This document shows, piece after piece, positions 27,272 to 36,800 of a stretch of DNA of 64,000 bases (position 1 is its first letter; every line of letters starts with the position of its first letter). The notes beneath the pieces are model-generated. The model was not told the DNA's origin, did not search any database, and worked only from the letters and a program-made list of their open reading frames with translations. The DNA is taken from positions 1 through 64,000 of IMG/VR virus record IMGVR_UViG_3300022723_000184; one strand, given 5' to 3'. Both the position numbers and the translations under genes were made by a program. The stretch comes from a virus (taxonomy: Duplodnaviria; Caudoviricetes).

Positions 27272-27301
27272 TTGGCTGGTTCCCGGCCCTGGTGCTACAA
27301 T
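27272..27301 (+). promoter_or_regulatory. Sigma70-like promoter with TGn extension
   Basis: TTGGCT-N18-TACAAT, with TG one base upstream of the -10. Confidence 0.55.
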
Positions 27302-27304
27302 CCC

Positions 27305-27513
27305 GGTGAAAGGCTTTGCCGAGGGCGCCGGCAGGTAGGAGTGGCTCGGGTAGGCATGAGGCCGAACCCGGCCCGGCACGGCAGCATGGCGAGAAGGCCG
27401 GCTGTTAGGTGGAGCGGCGGGGCGCCCGGTAATTCCCGTCGCATTTGGCTCAGACTCGCCCGCGGCGACCTGGGTCACGGACCTGAGGGTAGGGGATCCT
27501 CAGGGGGCCTTTT
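27305..27513 (+). ncRNA. Candidate structured ncRNA
   Basis: About 210 nt between a promoter and a terminal CCTGAGG/CCTCAGG hairpin plus U-run. Three further hairpins; no credible ORF. Confidence 0.45.
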
Positions 27514-27545
27514 CTTCTGAACAGGAAGTCAGGAGCGAGCCGTCG

Positions 27546-28094
27546 GTGACGCTACTCACAGTCCAGGACGGACCTTCTCGGCATCAGCAGCAAGCCTACG
27601 AGCTTGGGCTCAAGATCGCGTCTGCCCCGGAACCGGCCGTTAACCTGGCCGGGACCTTCTACGTCTCTGAGCACAAAGAACGACCGTGGGGACTGCTGTC
27701 GGTGCCGAATGCACTTGTCCGGGGCGTGTTTCAGGCGATGAGCGAGCCGGGCGTTGAGCTACCTCCGCAGAGCGACGGCGGGCTGAACGCACACATCTCC
27801 GTGATGCGCCCTGAAGAAATAGAACTGCTGGGCGGACCCAAGGCCTTGAAGGCGGATCGGGGCAAGCAGTTCGCCTACACCATCCGACGCCTGGAGTCTG
27901 TGAACCCGGCCGGGTGGGAAGAGATGTCCAGGTGTTGGATGCTCCGCGTGCACAGCCCTGCCCTGCAAGACCTTCGCAGGAGCTACGGCCTGACGCCGAA
28001 GCCCAAGGACAACAAGTTCGACTTCCACATCACGGTCGCCGTGCGGAGGAAGAACGTCCTGCGGAACAACGAGGTCTCCAAGGTCGGCGCATGA
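27546..28094 (+). CDS. 2H phosphoesterase family protein
   Basis: Two HxS/T motifs (AHISV, FHITV); N-terminal LKIAS K-x-A motif. Confidence 0.8.
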   Translation: MTLLTVQDGPSRHQQQAYELGLKIASAPEPAVNLAGTFYVSEHKERPWGLLSVPNALVRGVFQAMSEPGVELPPQSDGGLNAHISVMRPEEIELLGGPKALKADRGKQFAYTIRRLESVNPAGWEEMSRCWMLRVHSPALQDLRRSYGLTPKPKDNKFDFHITVAVRRKNVLRNNEVSKVGA

Positions 28095-28124
28095 AAAAGG
28101 CCACCCCCGAAGGGGTGGCCTTTT
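28094..28124. terminator. Bidirectional intrinsic terminator
   Basis: AAAAAGGCCACCCC-CGAA-GGGGTGGCCTTTT between convergent genes. Confidence 0.9.
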
Positions 28125-28143
28125 GGCACTACCGGAGGGTTTA

Positions 28144-28332
28144 TCATCCGGTCTGGGTGTCACGGCCTTCCGCCAGGATCTCTTCGTAGACCTCTTTGCG
28201 GTTGATCGGGATGTTCTTGGGAGCGGTGATGCCGAGTCTGACCTTATCGCCCCGGATGTCCACGACGGTCACCTCGATCTCGCCATCGCCGATGACGATG
28301 GTCTTTCCTTTCTCACGGCTGAGCACGAGCAT
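28144..28332 (-). CDS. csrA: Carbon storage regulator CsrA/RsmA
   Basis: MLVLSR..G.TIVIGD.EIEVTVVDIRGDKVRLGITAPKNIPINRKEVY. GGAG RBS before the ATG at 28332. Confidence 0.95.
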   Translation of the reverse strand: MLVLSREKGKTIVIGDGEIEVTVVDIRGDKVRLGITAPKNIPINRKEVYEEILAEGRDTQTG

Positions 28333-28389
28333 GGTTGGACTCCTTTCCAGGGGCATCTTGAACGCACGGCATTATACTTGATCACCGGC

Positions 28390-29763
28390 ATGAGCAGCGG
28401 ATCAAAAATCATCGACATTGGCCTGCCTGTCGAGAAGACGGCGGAGACCCCCGCAGCCCTCAAGAAACGGGTTGACGAGGGGGCCAGCGGGGCGCAAACC
28501 CGGCTGACCGCCGAGCAGAAGGAGACCGGCCGCTACAAGAAGGGCCGGCTGAGCCTGCACGGCCTCCGCATTGCCGTCGAGAACCCCCGGGGCTCCACCC
28601 GATCTGGCACCTCGCCGGACGGCACCACCTGGTCCAACAAGATGCACGCCCACTACGGGTACATCGTGGGCACCAAGGGTAAGGATACGGACCCGGTCGA
28701 CGTGTTCGTCGGCGACGAGCCGCACTCCGAGTACGTGGTGGTCATCAACCAGGTCGACCCGAAGACTAAGAAGTTTGATGAACATAAGGTGCTTCTTGGT
28801 TACACCTCCAGGAAAGCTGCCGAGAAGTGTTACCTGAAAAACTACGACCCCGGGTGGCAGGGCCTTGGTCACTCGTCAGCGATGACCATGGACCAGTTCA
28901 AGTGGTGGTTGGAAAACCAAGACACCAAGAAAGAGATCAAGGGCGGGACGTTTGCCTCGCCGAACTTACGCAAAGAGGCCGCAGACAAGAAGGACGACGA
29001 TGGTTGCGATCATCAACCCACCGTGGCCGTCGACCTCGACGGCACTCTCGCACGGCACTACGAGCAGTACGATGCCGACAGCATCCCCGACCCACGGCCG
29101 GGGGCGCGGAAGGCTATGGCAGAGTTCCGACGAGACGGATACCGAATCATCATCAACACAGTCCGTGGTGACCGAAAGCTGGTCGGCGAGTGGCTCCAAC
29201 GACACGACATCGAGTTCGACCACATCAACGAGAACCCAGACCAGCCGGACGGTTCGTCTGACAAGGTCTACGCCGACGTCTACGTTGATGACCGAGGAGT
29301 CGACGCCCGAAAGTCCTGGAAGCAGATCACGCAGGAGGTGGGCCGACGGGTCAAGGCCTCGGAGGCCGGCGTCTGGTACACGGCGGAATCGACCATTCAC
29401 GGTTGGGGCGTGTTCGCCGGTCGGGATCTTAAGGCGGGCGAGCGCATTGGCCAGGCGGTAGAACGCAAGGGCGTCGACAAGTTCGATCGCGACGAGCTGG
29501 AACTGACGCAGCTCGGCCTCAAGCTCAACTACGGCAGCCGGGCGACCGTCGAGCTGGTCAAGACCTCCAAGGGTTTCGACCTGGTGGCGAAGGACCGGAT
29601 CACGGAGGGCGACGAGTTCATCGCGTCCAACAACTACCACGCCGAACACAAGGCCATGGGCCTGCCGAACGATGCCGTGCTGCTCAACGGGACCAATCCC
29701 GAGAAGAAGGCCGACGATCCAAAAAGTACTTTTGAGATGTGTGACGTGGAACTGTTCCAGTGA
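28390..29763 (+). CDS. Multi-domain protein: InPase-like + HAD + SET-like domains separated by K-x-A/S linkers
   Basis: VENPRGSTRSG...YGYI..T.G.D.DPVDVF...DEHKV (InPase-like); VDLDGTL...ADVYVDDR (HAD); STIHGWGVFA (SET-like). Linkers EKTAE, RKEAA and VKASE. Confidence 0.8.
   Translation: MSSGSKIIDIGLPVEKTAETPAALKKRVDEGASGAQTRLTAEQKETGRYKKGRLSLHGLRIAVENPRGSTRSGTSPDGTTWSNKMHAHYGYIVGTKGKDTDPVDVFVGDEPHSEYVVVINQVDPKTKKFDEHKVLLGYTSRKAAEKCYLKNYDPGWQGLGHSSAMTMDQFKWWLENQDTKKEIKGGTFASPNLRKEAADKKDDDGCDHQPTVAVDLDGTLARHYEQYDADSIPDPRPGARKAMAEFRRDGYRIIINTVRGDRKLVGEWLQRHDIEFDHINENPDQPDGSSDKVYADVYVDDRGVDARKSWKQITQEVGRRVKASEAGVWYTAESTIHGWGVFAGRDLKAGERIGQAVERKGVDKFDRDELELTQLGLKLNYGSRATVELVKTSKGFDLVAKDRITEGDEFIASNNYHAEHKAMGLPNDAVLLNGTNPEKKADDPKSTFEMCDVELFQ
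29722..29733. promoter_or_regulatory. AT-rich palindrome AAAAGTACTTTT (copy 3)
   Basis: 12-bp palindrome about 30 nt before the next gene start, in a different reading frame from copy 1. Confidence 0.45.
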
Positions 29764-30518
29764 GGATGTTGCTTGTAGGCATGCAGTCCGGCGGCAGCTC
29801 GATCGTAGCGACGCTCCTCGGCCAACGGTCCGGCGCCTTGACCATCCCCGACGCCTGGCTGACGCATCCGTGGGAACGCCACCACGCCATGCGTCCGCCG
29901 GTCCCCGAGTTCCCCAGGCTTCTGGTCAAGACGACCGTCCAATACTGGGACCCGTTTGCTTACATCGATTGGTTCCGAGAGGTGTTCTCGATCGAGCACA
30001 CGATGCTCCTGCTCCGCAACCCGTACTGCACGTTTGTTTCGTTGTGCCAGAAAAAGTGGGGCAAGAGGATTCCGGAGAAGTTCTCGGCCATGGAGCGGTT
30101 GGTGCTCTCCGGGAAGTACCCGGTGGCCTTCTTCGAGGACGCCTTGTTCAGCCCCATGCTGTTTCTTGAACGGTTTGCGTTCTGGGGTCTGGAGCCTCAC
30201 CACTTTATGTTCCCGAAGACGCCTTCGGAGATGGCCGACGAGGCGGCCGAGCAGATCGCTTGGTGCGCCCGGAACAAGGACCGGTGGGGCCTGGGCAATC
30301 AGCACACCAGCCTGCCGTGGGCCAAGGGCCGGGCGTCGCTTAAGTTCGAGTCGGTCTATCGGCCCGCGAGGCCCCAGGACATTGAGAGGGTAGATGAACT
30401 GGCCCCTGAACTGGTAAAGTGGTACTTCGATCGTCGGCCTGAGTATCGGTCGCTGGCAGACCCTGAGCCTACAATGTCTGGATCAGCCACGGAGGGCGTC
30501 TGTGACCCAAGCACTTAA
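29760..30518 (+). CDS. Sulfotransferase-like protein
   Basis: LVGMQSGGSSIV P-loop variant and LLRNPYCTFVS. Confidence 0.65.
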   Translation: MRMLLVGMQSGGSSIVATLLGQRSGALTIPDAWLTHPWERHHAMRPPVPEFPRLLVKTTVQYWDPFAYIDWFREVFSIEHTMLLLRNPYCTFVSLCQKKWGKRIPEKFSAMERLVLSGKYPVAFFEDALFSPMLFLERFAFWGLEPHHFMFPKTPSEMADEAAEQIAWCARNKDRWGLGNQHTSLPWAKGRASLKFESVYRPARPQDIERVDELAPELVKWYFDRRPEYRSLADPEPTMSGSATEGVCDPST

Positions 30519-31770
30519 AAGCGTCGACCAGCTCGCGGCCGAATACAAGGAAGCCGGTTGGGACTGCCTCCCGGACATCGTCGATCAGATGTTCGAGGAT
30601 TGCCTGGTGCCCGCCGTCGACATCAAGCAGGCTGCGGCCGACGTCTTCACCTCGGTGCCCTGCGGCTACTATTATGCCCCCGCCGACAACCTGGCCGCGG
30701 TCCATGCCCCCGAGGGTGCGACCCGGCAGGACGTGGCCCTGTGCAAGGCGGCCATCGACCGGGCGGGGTACGTCGACTTCCCGGGGACCCTGGACAACGA
30801 ACAGCTGATCGGCGGGGCCTGGGTGAAGGTCGCCTACTCGCCGACCGTCAACCGGGCGGCCACCTACCTCAACTTCCTGCCCGGCAAGTACCCCGGCGGC
30901 ATCCCCAACCTCCCGGGCCCGATCAGCTCGATGTTGACCACCGGGCTGCTGGGCGCCGGCCTCGGCTACGGTGCCGGTTGGCTCGGCGAGAAGCTGATGC
31001 CCGGGCGGTGGGAGCGGGGCAAGCTCCGCAAGACGCTGGCCGCCTTGGGCGGTCTGGCCGGTGCGGTGCCCGGTGCGGCGTGGGCCGGGTTCAACGTGGC
31101 CGCGGGCAAGCCCTGGTACTCCAGTGAGCTGTTGCAGGCCCTGCCCCGGCACCCGACCACCGGCAAGCCGATCGAGGTGCCGCTCCACAGCTTCGACCCG
31201 GACCAGCGAGCCCGGTACGAGCAGCAGGCCTTCGAGCAGGCCGGCAAGCAGGGCAGCTACTACGGCCGGCTGGCCGACGAACTGCCCGGGGAGCTGGGCA
31301 AGCAGTACAAAGCGGCCATCGAGAAGGTCGCCCGCGATTGGGGCGCCGAGGCCCGTGCCTTGACCGGCGAGGAAGCCTTCCTGGTCAAGCACGCATTCGG
31401 CCCCGACACGTTCGGCCCTAACCTCTACCAACCCAAGCGGCCCAAGGGCCCGCTGGACGTGGACGTCGACGCCCTGGGCAACGTGCTGTGGGAGGTGGGC
31501 GCCAAGCCCCAGGAGGCGGCCATGACCATGGGCGCCCTGCACGCGGCTCAGCAGATGCCCGGCGGCACGAGCGAGCCGGGGTGGGTGACGCCCAAGCAGA
31601 TGGCCCACCTGGCGGCAAACATGGGCGCGGGCTACGTTTCGGGTGCGTTGGTCGGCTCGGCCCTCGGCCTGCTGACCGGGATGCCCAGGAGCACACAGCA
31701 GACGCTCAAGAACACGGGCATGTACATGGGCATCGTCAACTCGGTAGTGCCCAGGCTGTTCGGGCAGTAG
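30502..31770 (+). CDS. Putative virion protein with K-x-A motifs and glycine zippers
   Basis: IKQAA, VKVAY and VKHAF; TGLLGAGLGYGAGWLG and GAGYVSGALVGSALG. TACAAT at 30470. Confidence 0.8.
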   Translation: MTQALKSVDQLAAEYKEAGWDCLPDIVDQMFEDCLVPAVDIKQAAADVFTSVPCGYYYAPADNLAAVHAPEGATRQDVALCKAAIDRAGYVDFPGTLDNEQLIGGAWVKVAYSPTVNRAATYLNFLPGKYPGGIPNLPGPISSMLTTGLLGAGLGYGAGWLGEKLMPGRWERGKLRKTLAALGGLAGAVPGAAWAGFNVAAGKPWYSSELLQALPRHPTTGKPIEVPLHSFDPDQRARYEQQAFEQAGKQGSYYGRLADELPGELGKQYKAAIEKVARDWGAEARALTGEEAFLVKHAFGPDTFGPNLYQPKRPKGPLDVDVDALGNVLWEVGAKPQEAAMTMGALHAAQQMPGGTSEPGWVTPKQMAHLAANMGAGYVSGALVGSALGLLTGMPRSTQQTLKNTGMYMGIVNSVVPRLFGQ

Positions 31771-31799
31771 AATGTGCTGAACCCGAGGGAGACACACGT

Positions 31800-32183
31800 A
31801 TGAGCACAGCGTCCGTCCCGATCATCGGTGACAACTCCGTGGTCAAGTTCCAGGGCTACCGCTGGTGGGCGGAGCGGGGCATGATCCACTGGGAGAACAT
31901 GAACACGGGGGACTACGGTTCCCAGTCGGTGCGGGTGACGCTTCAACGTCTCCGCGGCCTGAACGACATGGTGAAGAACTCGCTGGACGACGTGAACAAG
32001 TCCGGCCAGAAGCTCTTCTACCACGACGAGGTCGAGGAGCATCAGCGGTACATCGAGTCGATGACCGAGCTGGTTAAGATGGCCCAGGCCCAGGGCACGC
32101 CCGGCGACTCCGGCGTCGCTCGTGACGCCAGACGCCGCCGCAAGAAGACGGTGGTCATGCCCGGGACCCGGGCCAAGTTCTAG
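31800..32183 (+). CDS. Hypothetical protein
   Basis: GGGAG RBS; TAGAAT at 31768. Confidence 0.75.
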   Translation: MSTASVPIIGDNSVVKFQGYRWWAERGMIHWENMNTGDYGSQSVRVTLQRLRGLNDMVKNSLDDVNKSGQKLFYHDEVEEHQRYIESMTELVKMAQAQGTPGDSGVARDARRRRKKTVVMPGTRAKF

Positions 32184-32194
32184 GAGAAGCACGG

Positions 32195-32593
32195 ATGCTC
32201 ACTGACCGCCAGAACTTCAAGCTCGCCTTCATGTCCCGCTGCATCGAGGACGGCATCACGACGCCGGCCGAGATCCATGAGCGGGTGAAGCGGGCGATCG
32301 ACGAGCTGAACAACGGCCCGGAGAAGCAGGCCCTGGTCGGCGAGGTCCTGGACTTCGCCGGCCGCCTCGGCGGCATGGCCTTGCCTATCGCCTTCGCGGC
32401 GCCCCCGGTCCTCGGGGCCGGTGCCGGGTACCTGGCGGCCAGGGCCACGGATGTGGATGACGCGGACATCGAAGAGGTCAAGCGTCAGGAACTGATCGAC
32501 GAACTGCGTCGCCAGACCGCAAAGGCCCGGCGACGCCACGCGGTAAAGGATTACCGCCAAACCGTTGCGCCATTCGGGAGGGCGGCAGGTTAA
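32195..32593 (+). CDS. Small K-x-A/glycine-zipper protein
   Basis: FKLAF and EKQAL; PPVLGAGAGYLAA followed by a charged coil. Confidence 0.8.
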   Translation: MLTDRQNFKLAFMSRCIEDGITTPAEIHERVKRAIDELNNGPEKQALVGEVLDFAGRLGGMALPIAFAAPPVLGAGAGYLAARATDVDDADIEEVKRQELIDELRRQTAKARRRHAVKDYRQTVAPFGRAAG

Positions 32594-32604
32594 GGTGGTA
32601 ACCG

Positions 32605-33060
32605 ATGTCAGAGGGATCGAGTCTCGTCCGGTTCATGAACGAGCGGGGCGAGCAGGACGACAGAGGGAAGTACTTTTGGAGCAGGGCGAGCATCGACGGC
32701 GCCCCGTTCCGTGGCCACTCGCCCCCGATGCTCCGCGACGAGGAGTACGAAAATCGGGTCGTCAGGGTCGGAGATCCGAAGGTCCGGATCTTCAACATCA
32801 ACGACGCTGACGAGCGGCGAGAGTACCAGGGAATCCTGGCCAAGGTCGTCAACGGCGGCTGGGGTCAGGTCCTCCACGTGGACCGGCAGTTCGACTCCGA
32901 ACAGCGGGTCTGGCTGGTTTACCTGGAGTGGGTCGAATGGTTCATGGAAGACGGCAGCCCCGATGCTGCCCAGGCTCAAAGGACGGAGCCCACGAATGGA
33001 CAACAACAAGTCAAAATGCCACCACCTGGCCTCCTCCCTGGCCAAACAGGCCAGCCCTGA
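32605..33060 (+). CDS. Hypothetical protein
   Basis: Native codon usage; located within the structural gene run. Confidence 0.7.
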   Translation: MSEGSSLVRFMNERGEQDDRGKYFWSRASIDGAPFRGHSPPMLRDEEYENRVVRVGDPKVRIFNINDADERREYQGILAKVVNGGWGQVLHVDRQFDSEQRVWLVYLEWVEWFMEDGSPDAAQAQRTEPTNGQQQVKMPPPGLLPGQTGQP

Positions 33061-33790
33061 CCAGCGGGTTCTGCGGGCCTCGGCCGCCAAGGATCTCCAA
33101 AACATCCTCTTGACCGGCCTGGGCATCGGTGCTGGCGCCCGCGGTCTCTACGGCCTCTACAACCTCGCCCAGCGGTCCGGCCGCGGTCCCGAGCAGCCCA
33201 GGACCCCTGGCCCCTTGGTCCTCGACTATCCGATCCCGACCCGGGAAGAGGAAGACGAGCTGCGGCCCAAGCTGGCGGCGGACGACGAGAGCTTCTGGGA
33301 CTCGCAGAGCAAGACCGGGATCCCCTGGTACCTGCCCGGCGGTCTGGCGGCGGGGGCCGGCGGCGTGTACGGCGGCTGGAAGCTGATGGACATGATCCTC
33401 GACCGCCGCCGCAACCAGGAGCAGGAGGACGACCTGGAGCAGGCCCGTGCCGAGTTTCGGGCGGCTCTGACGGGTGGCGGCCCCAAGCTGGCGTCGGACG
33501 GCGGCAACACGCTGGGCCACGACCTGGACCGGCTCTACGACATGCTCCAGGAGAAGCAGGCCGAGTTCGAGAAGACCTCGTCGAGCGCCGTGGGCGATAT
33601 CTGGGGCAAGATCAAGGGCGGCTACGGGGTGTACAGCGGTCTGACCAGTCTGGCGGCCGGGCTCTGGATGTACAATCGAGCCAAGAAGATGCAGCGACGC
33701 ACGCTGCTCGAAAAGGCCAAGAAGGAGCGGGAGCGTCAGCGGTTCGAGCGACGTCCCCCTGCGATCGAGGCACTGCCCACCCCCGCGTGA
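32996..33790 (+). CDS. K-x-A/glycine-zipper protein
   Basis: AKQAS, PKLAA and PKLAS each precede a Gly-rich hydrophobic helix or coil. Confidence 0.8.
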   Translation: MDNNKSKCHHLASSLAKQASPDQRVLRASAAKDLQNILLTGLGIGAGARGLYGLYNLAQRSGRGPEQPRTPGPLVLDYPIPTREEEDELRPKLAADDESFWDSQSKTGIPWYLPGGLAAGAGGVYGGWKLMDMILDRRRNQEQEDDLEQARAEFRAALTGGGPKLASDGGNTLGHDLDRLYDMLQEKQAEFEKTSSSAVGDIWGKIKGGYGVYSGLTSLAAGLWMYNRAKKMQRRTLLEKAKKERERQRFERRPPAIEALPTPA

Positions 33791-33808
33791 GGCGTATAAG
33801 GGGCGAGC

Positions 33809-36800
33809 GTGACGACCATCTCGAACAACCTGTTCGACCAGGACCCTGCCAACTCGATCCTCCCGGATCCGAGTTTTCCACAGCCCGTCCCCAAACCGGC
33901 TCCTCAGGAGGAAGAGCCGGAAATGCGGCGTTTTGGCGACCCGATTGCCACACGCCGCGCCATTTACGACAGGGTTTTCCAGGCGGCCCAGGAGATGGAG
34001 CCGGTCGTGGGCCAGACCCACACGCTGCGACTGTCCAACCTCAACTGGGCGGATCCCGAGGAATACTCCAAGCGGAAGCGGAAGGAAGCGATCCTCTCCG
34101 GCCAGACGCTTGGTCGCCGTCTTCGCGGGACCTGGGAGTTGGTCAACAACGAGACCGGTGAGGTCCAGGACCGCACGGACAAGACGGTCGCTCGCATCCC
34201 TTACGTGACGGGCAGCGGGACGTTCGTCCACCGGGGCAACGAGTACGCGATCAAGAACCAGCAGCGGCTGCGGGCCGGCGTGTTTACCCGGGTCAAGGAC
34301 AACGGGGAGGTCGAGGCCCACGCCAACATCCTCCGCGGCGGCCCGAGCCACCGGTACTTCCTGGACCCGGCCAAGGGTGTGTTCTACATGCGCCTCGGCC
34401 AGGCCAAGATCCCAATGATGCCCCTGCTCAAGGCGATGGGTGCGACCGACGCCCAGCTGCGTGAGGCTTGGGGCCCGGAGATCCACGCCGCCAACTACGG
34501 GGCCAACGACGCCAGCGCCCTGGTCAAGCTCAAGGAGAAGATCCTCAAGGACCGCTCGGCGAAGCAGGAGGAACTGGTCTCGGCCTTCAACCAGATGGAG
34601 CTGGACCCGGAGGTCACGCAGCGGACGCTGGGCCAGCCGTACGAGAACATGGGCCTCGACACGCTGCTCGACACGTCCAAGAAGCTGCTGGCGGTCAGCC
34701 GGCAGGAGGCAGACGTCGACGACCGCGACCACCTGGCCTACCAGACGTTCCTGGGTCCCGAGGATCTGCTCGCCGAGCGGATCCGCAAGGACCGGGGCGG
34801 CGTCCGCCGCAAGCTGCTGTGGAAGCTGGCCCGAGAGGGCAACCTGAGCAAGTTGCCGGCCGCCGTGCTCCAGGACCAGGTGGACAGCGCCCTGCTCGAA
34901 TCGGGCCTGGGTCAGGCCCTCGAAGAGATCAACCCGGCCGAGGTCTTCGACAAGCAGACCCAGATCAGCCGGATGGGTGAGGGCGGCATCCCGTCGCTGC
35001 AGGCGGTGCCCGACGAGGCCCGCGGCGTACAGCCCAGCCACATGGGCTTCATGGACCCGCTGCGCACCCCCGAGTGTTACGACGAGCAGACGGAGGTCAT
35101 GACGAAGCAGGGATGGAAACCGTGGCCTTCCGTTACCGAGAGTGATGAGTTCGCTTGTCTGGTGGACGGTCGTCTGGAGTTTCATCTCGCAGACAAACTG
35201 GTGTCGTACCGGTACGTCGGGCAGATGTGTGGCGCGAAGACAGCCTTGGTCGACTACCTGGTCACGCCGGACCACCGCATGTACGTTCGCCGCGGTTACG
35301 ATACACCTCACTGGCGGATCGAGACGGCGAACGAGACGCATGAGGCTCATGTTCGGATTTTGAAATGCGGCGGCCACTCGCCTTACGTCGGGATGGCGTT
35401 CGATCCCGGTCTACCTGTCTTTGAGTCGCGGTCGAACAACAGCAAGGCGATCGACCTGGCGACCACGGACCCGTGCGACTGGGCGGAGTTTGTCGGGTGG
35501 TACCTGTCGGAAGGCAACTTGGCTGTTTCCGAGTCTAGACAGTCTTATAAGGTCATGATCACTCAGAGCCCGGAAGCGAACCCGGAGAACCATACCCGGA
35601 TCCGGGACTTGTTGGATCGTCTACCGTTCGACTGGTCTTTCTGTAACCACGAGAAAGCATTTGTCGTGAGCCGCCGCCACCTTTATGAGTGGGCCAAACC
35701 GCTAGGAAAGTGTGACGACAAATTCATTCCCGCTCGTTGCTTCGATTGGCCCGAGGAAGCTCGTCGATCGTTGTTGGAGGGTCTGTTACTGGGCGACGGC
35801 CGTAAGGCAGTTAAAGGCGGCAGAGTGGGCCGGCCCACACAGTACTGTTCGACTAGCCGCAGGCTGGCTTATGACGTTCAGAGGCTGTTGTTCACCCTTG
35901 GTGTCTCGTCCCGGGTGGTATTCGAGCCGGACGAACGGGAGGATCACTATCTCGGATGCTGGGTCGTGCATATCCACGCGAGAACGCAGCGGCGAGTTGG
36001 TCGTGCTCATGCAGCTAAAGAAAGCGATTTCCACCTGGAGAGTTACGACGGTCATGTCTACTGCGCTTCTGTTCCTGGTGGGCTTTTGTACGTGCGTCGC
36101 AACGAGAGCTGCGGCATTTGGTGCGGCAACAGCTTCCGGGTCGGTGTCGACGTGCACCTGGCCCGCAATGCCCGCAAGGGGCGTGACGGCAAGCTCTACG
36201 CCCAGTTCCGTGACGCCCGGTCGGGCAAGGACGTGTGGCGCACGCCGCAGGACGTCGCCGACCTGGCCGTGGCGTTCCCCGGCTCCATGAAGTCGGAGGC
36301 CAGGCGGGTGCCGGCCATGAAGAACGGCCGGATCCGGTGGGTGCCCAAGGAGAAGGTTGACCTGGTGCTCAGCACCTTCGAGAACGCCTTCAGCCCGTTG
36401 GGCAACATGGTCCCGCTCAAGAGCATGGTGAAGGGCCAGCGGGTGGCGATGGCCAGCCGGATGAGCGTAACGGGTGACGCCTGGGTTGTAGTGCTGCGAA
36501 AATCTGGTGACGCCTATTACGGCCCGATACGAGATTACGTGTGGAGGAAAGGCGACAAGTCTCCGTCTATCGATAAGGTTACGCACCGGCTGGTGTGGAA
36601 ACCGGTGCGAGCTAAGCTAGTACACCGGAACACGAAACGTCTTATGCGGGTGACGGTTGATAGCGGTAGGAGCTTTGTTGCTACTGAGGATCACAGTTGC
36701 GTTACGCTAGGTAAATCTGGACGTCTTGAAAAGATTAAAACCGGTGATTTATCTAAAGGCCTACCCGTTCCTTATGCCGCGACGCTTGATTGCCCCGAGA

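Noticed and set aside
1617-32680. Short AAGTACTT palindromes (about 1617, 7158, 17446, 32668) as extra operator copies
   Set aside because: Explained by common Lys-Tyr-Phe codons; they lack the A4/T4 flanks.
33011-35377. Long minus-strand ORFs (also 2988..4814, 43144..44760, 55451..57658, 57882..59486 and others)
   Set aside because: Shadow frames antisense to well-supported genes, expected from high GC3; no motifs or RBS.
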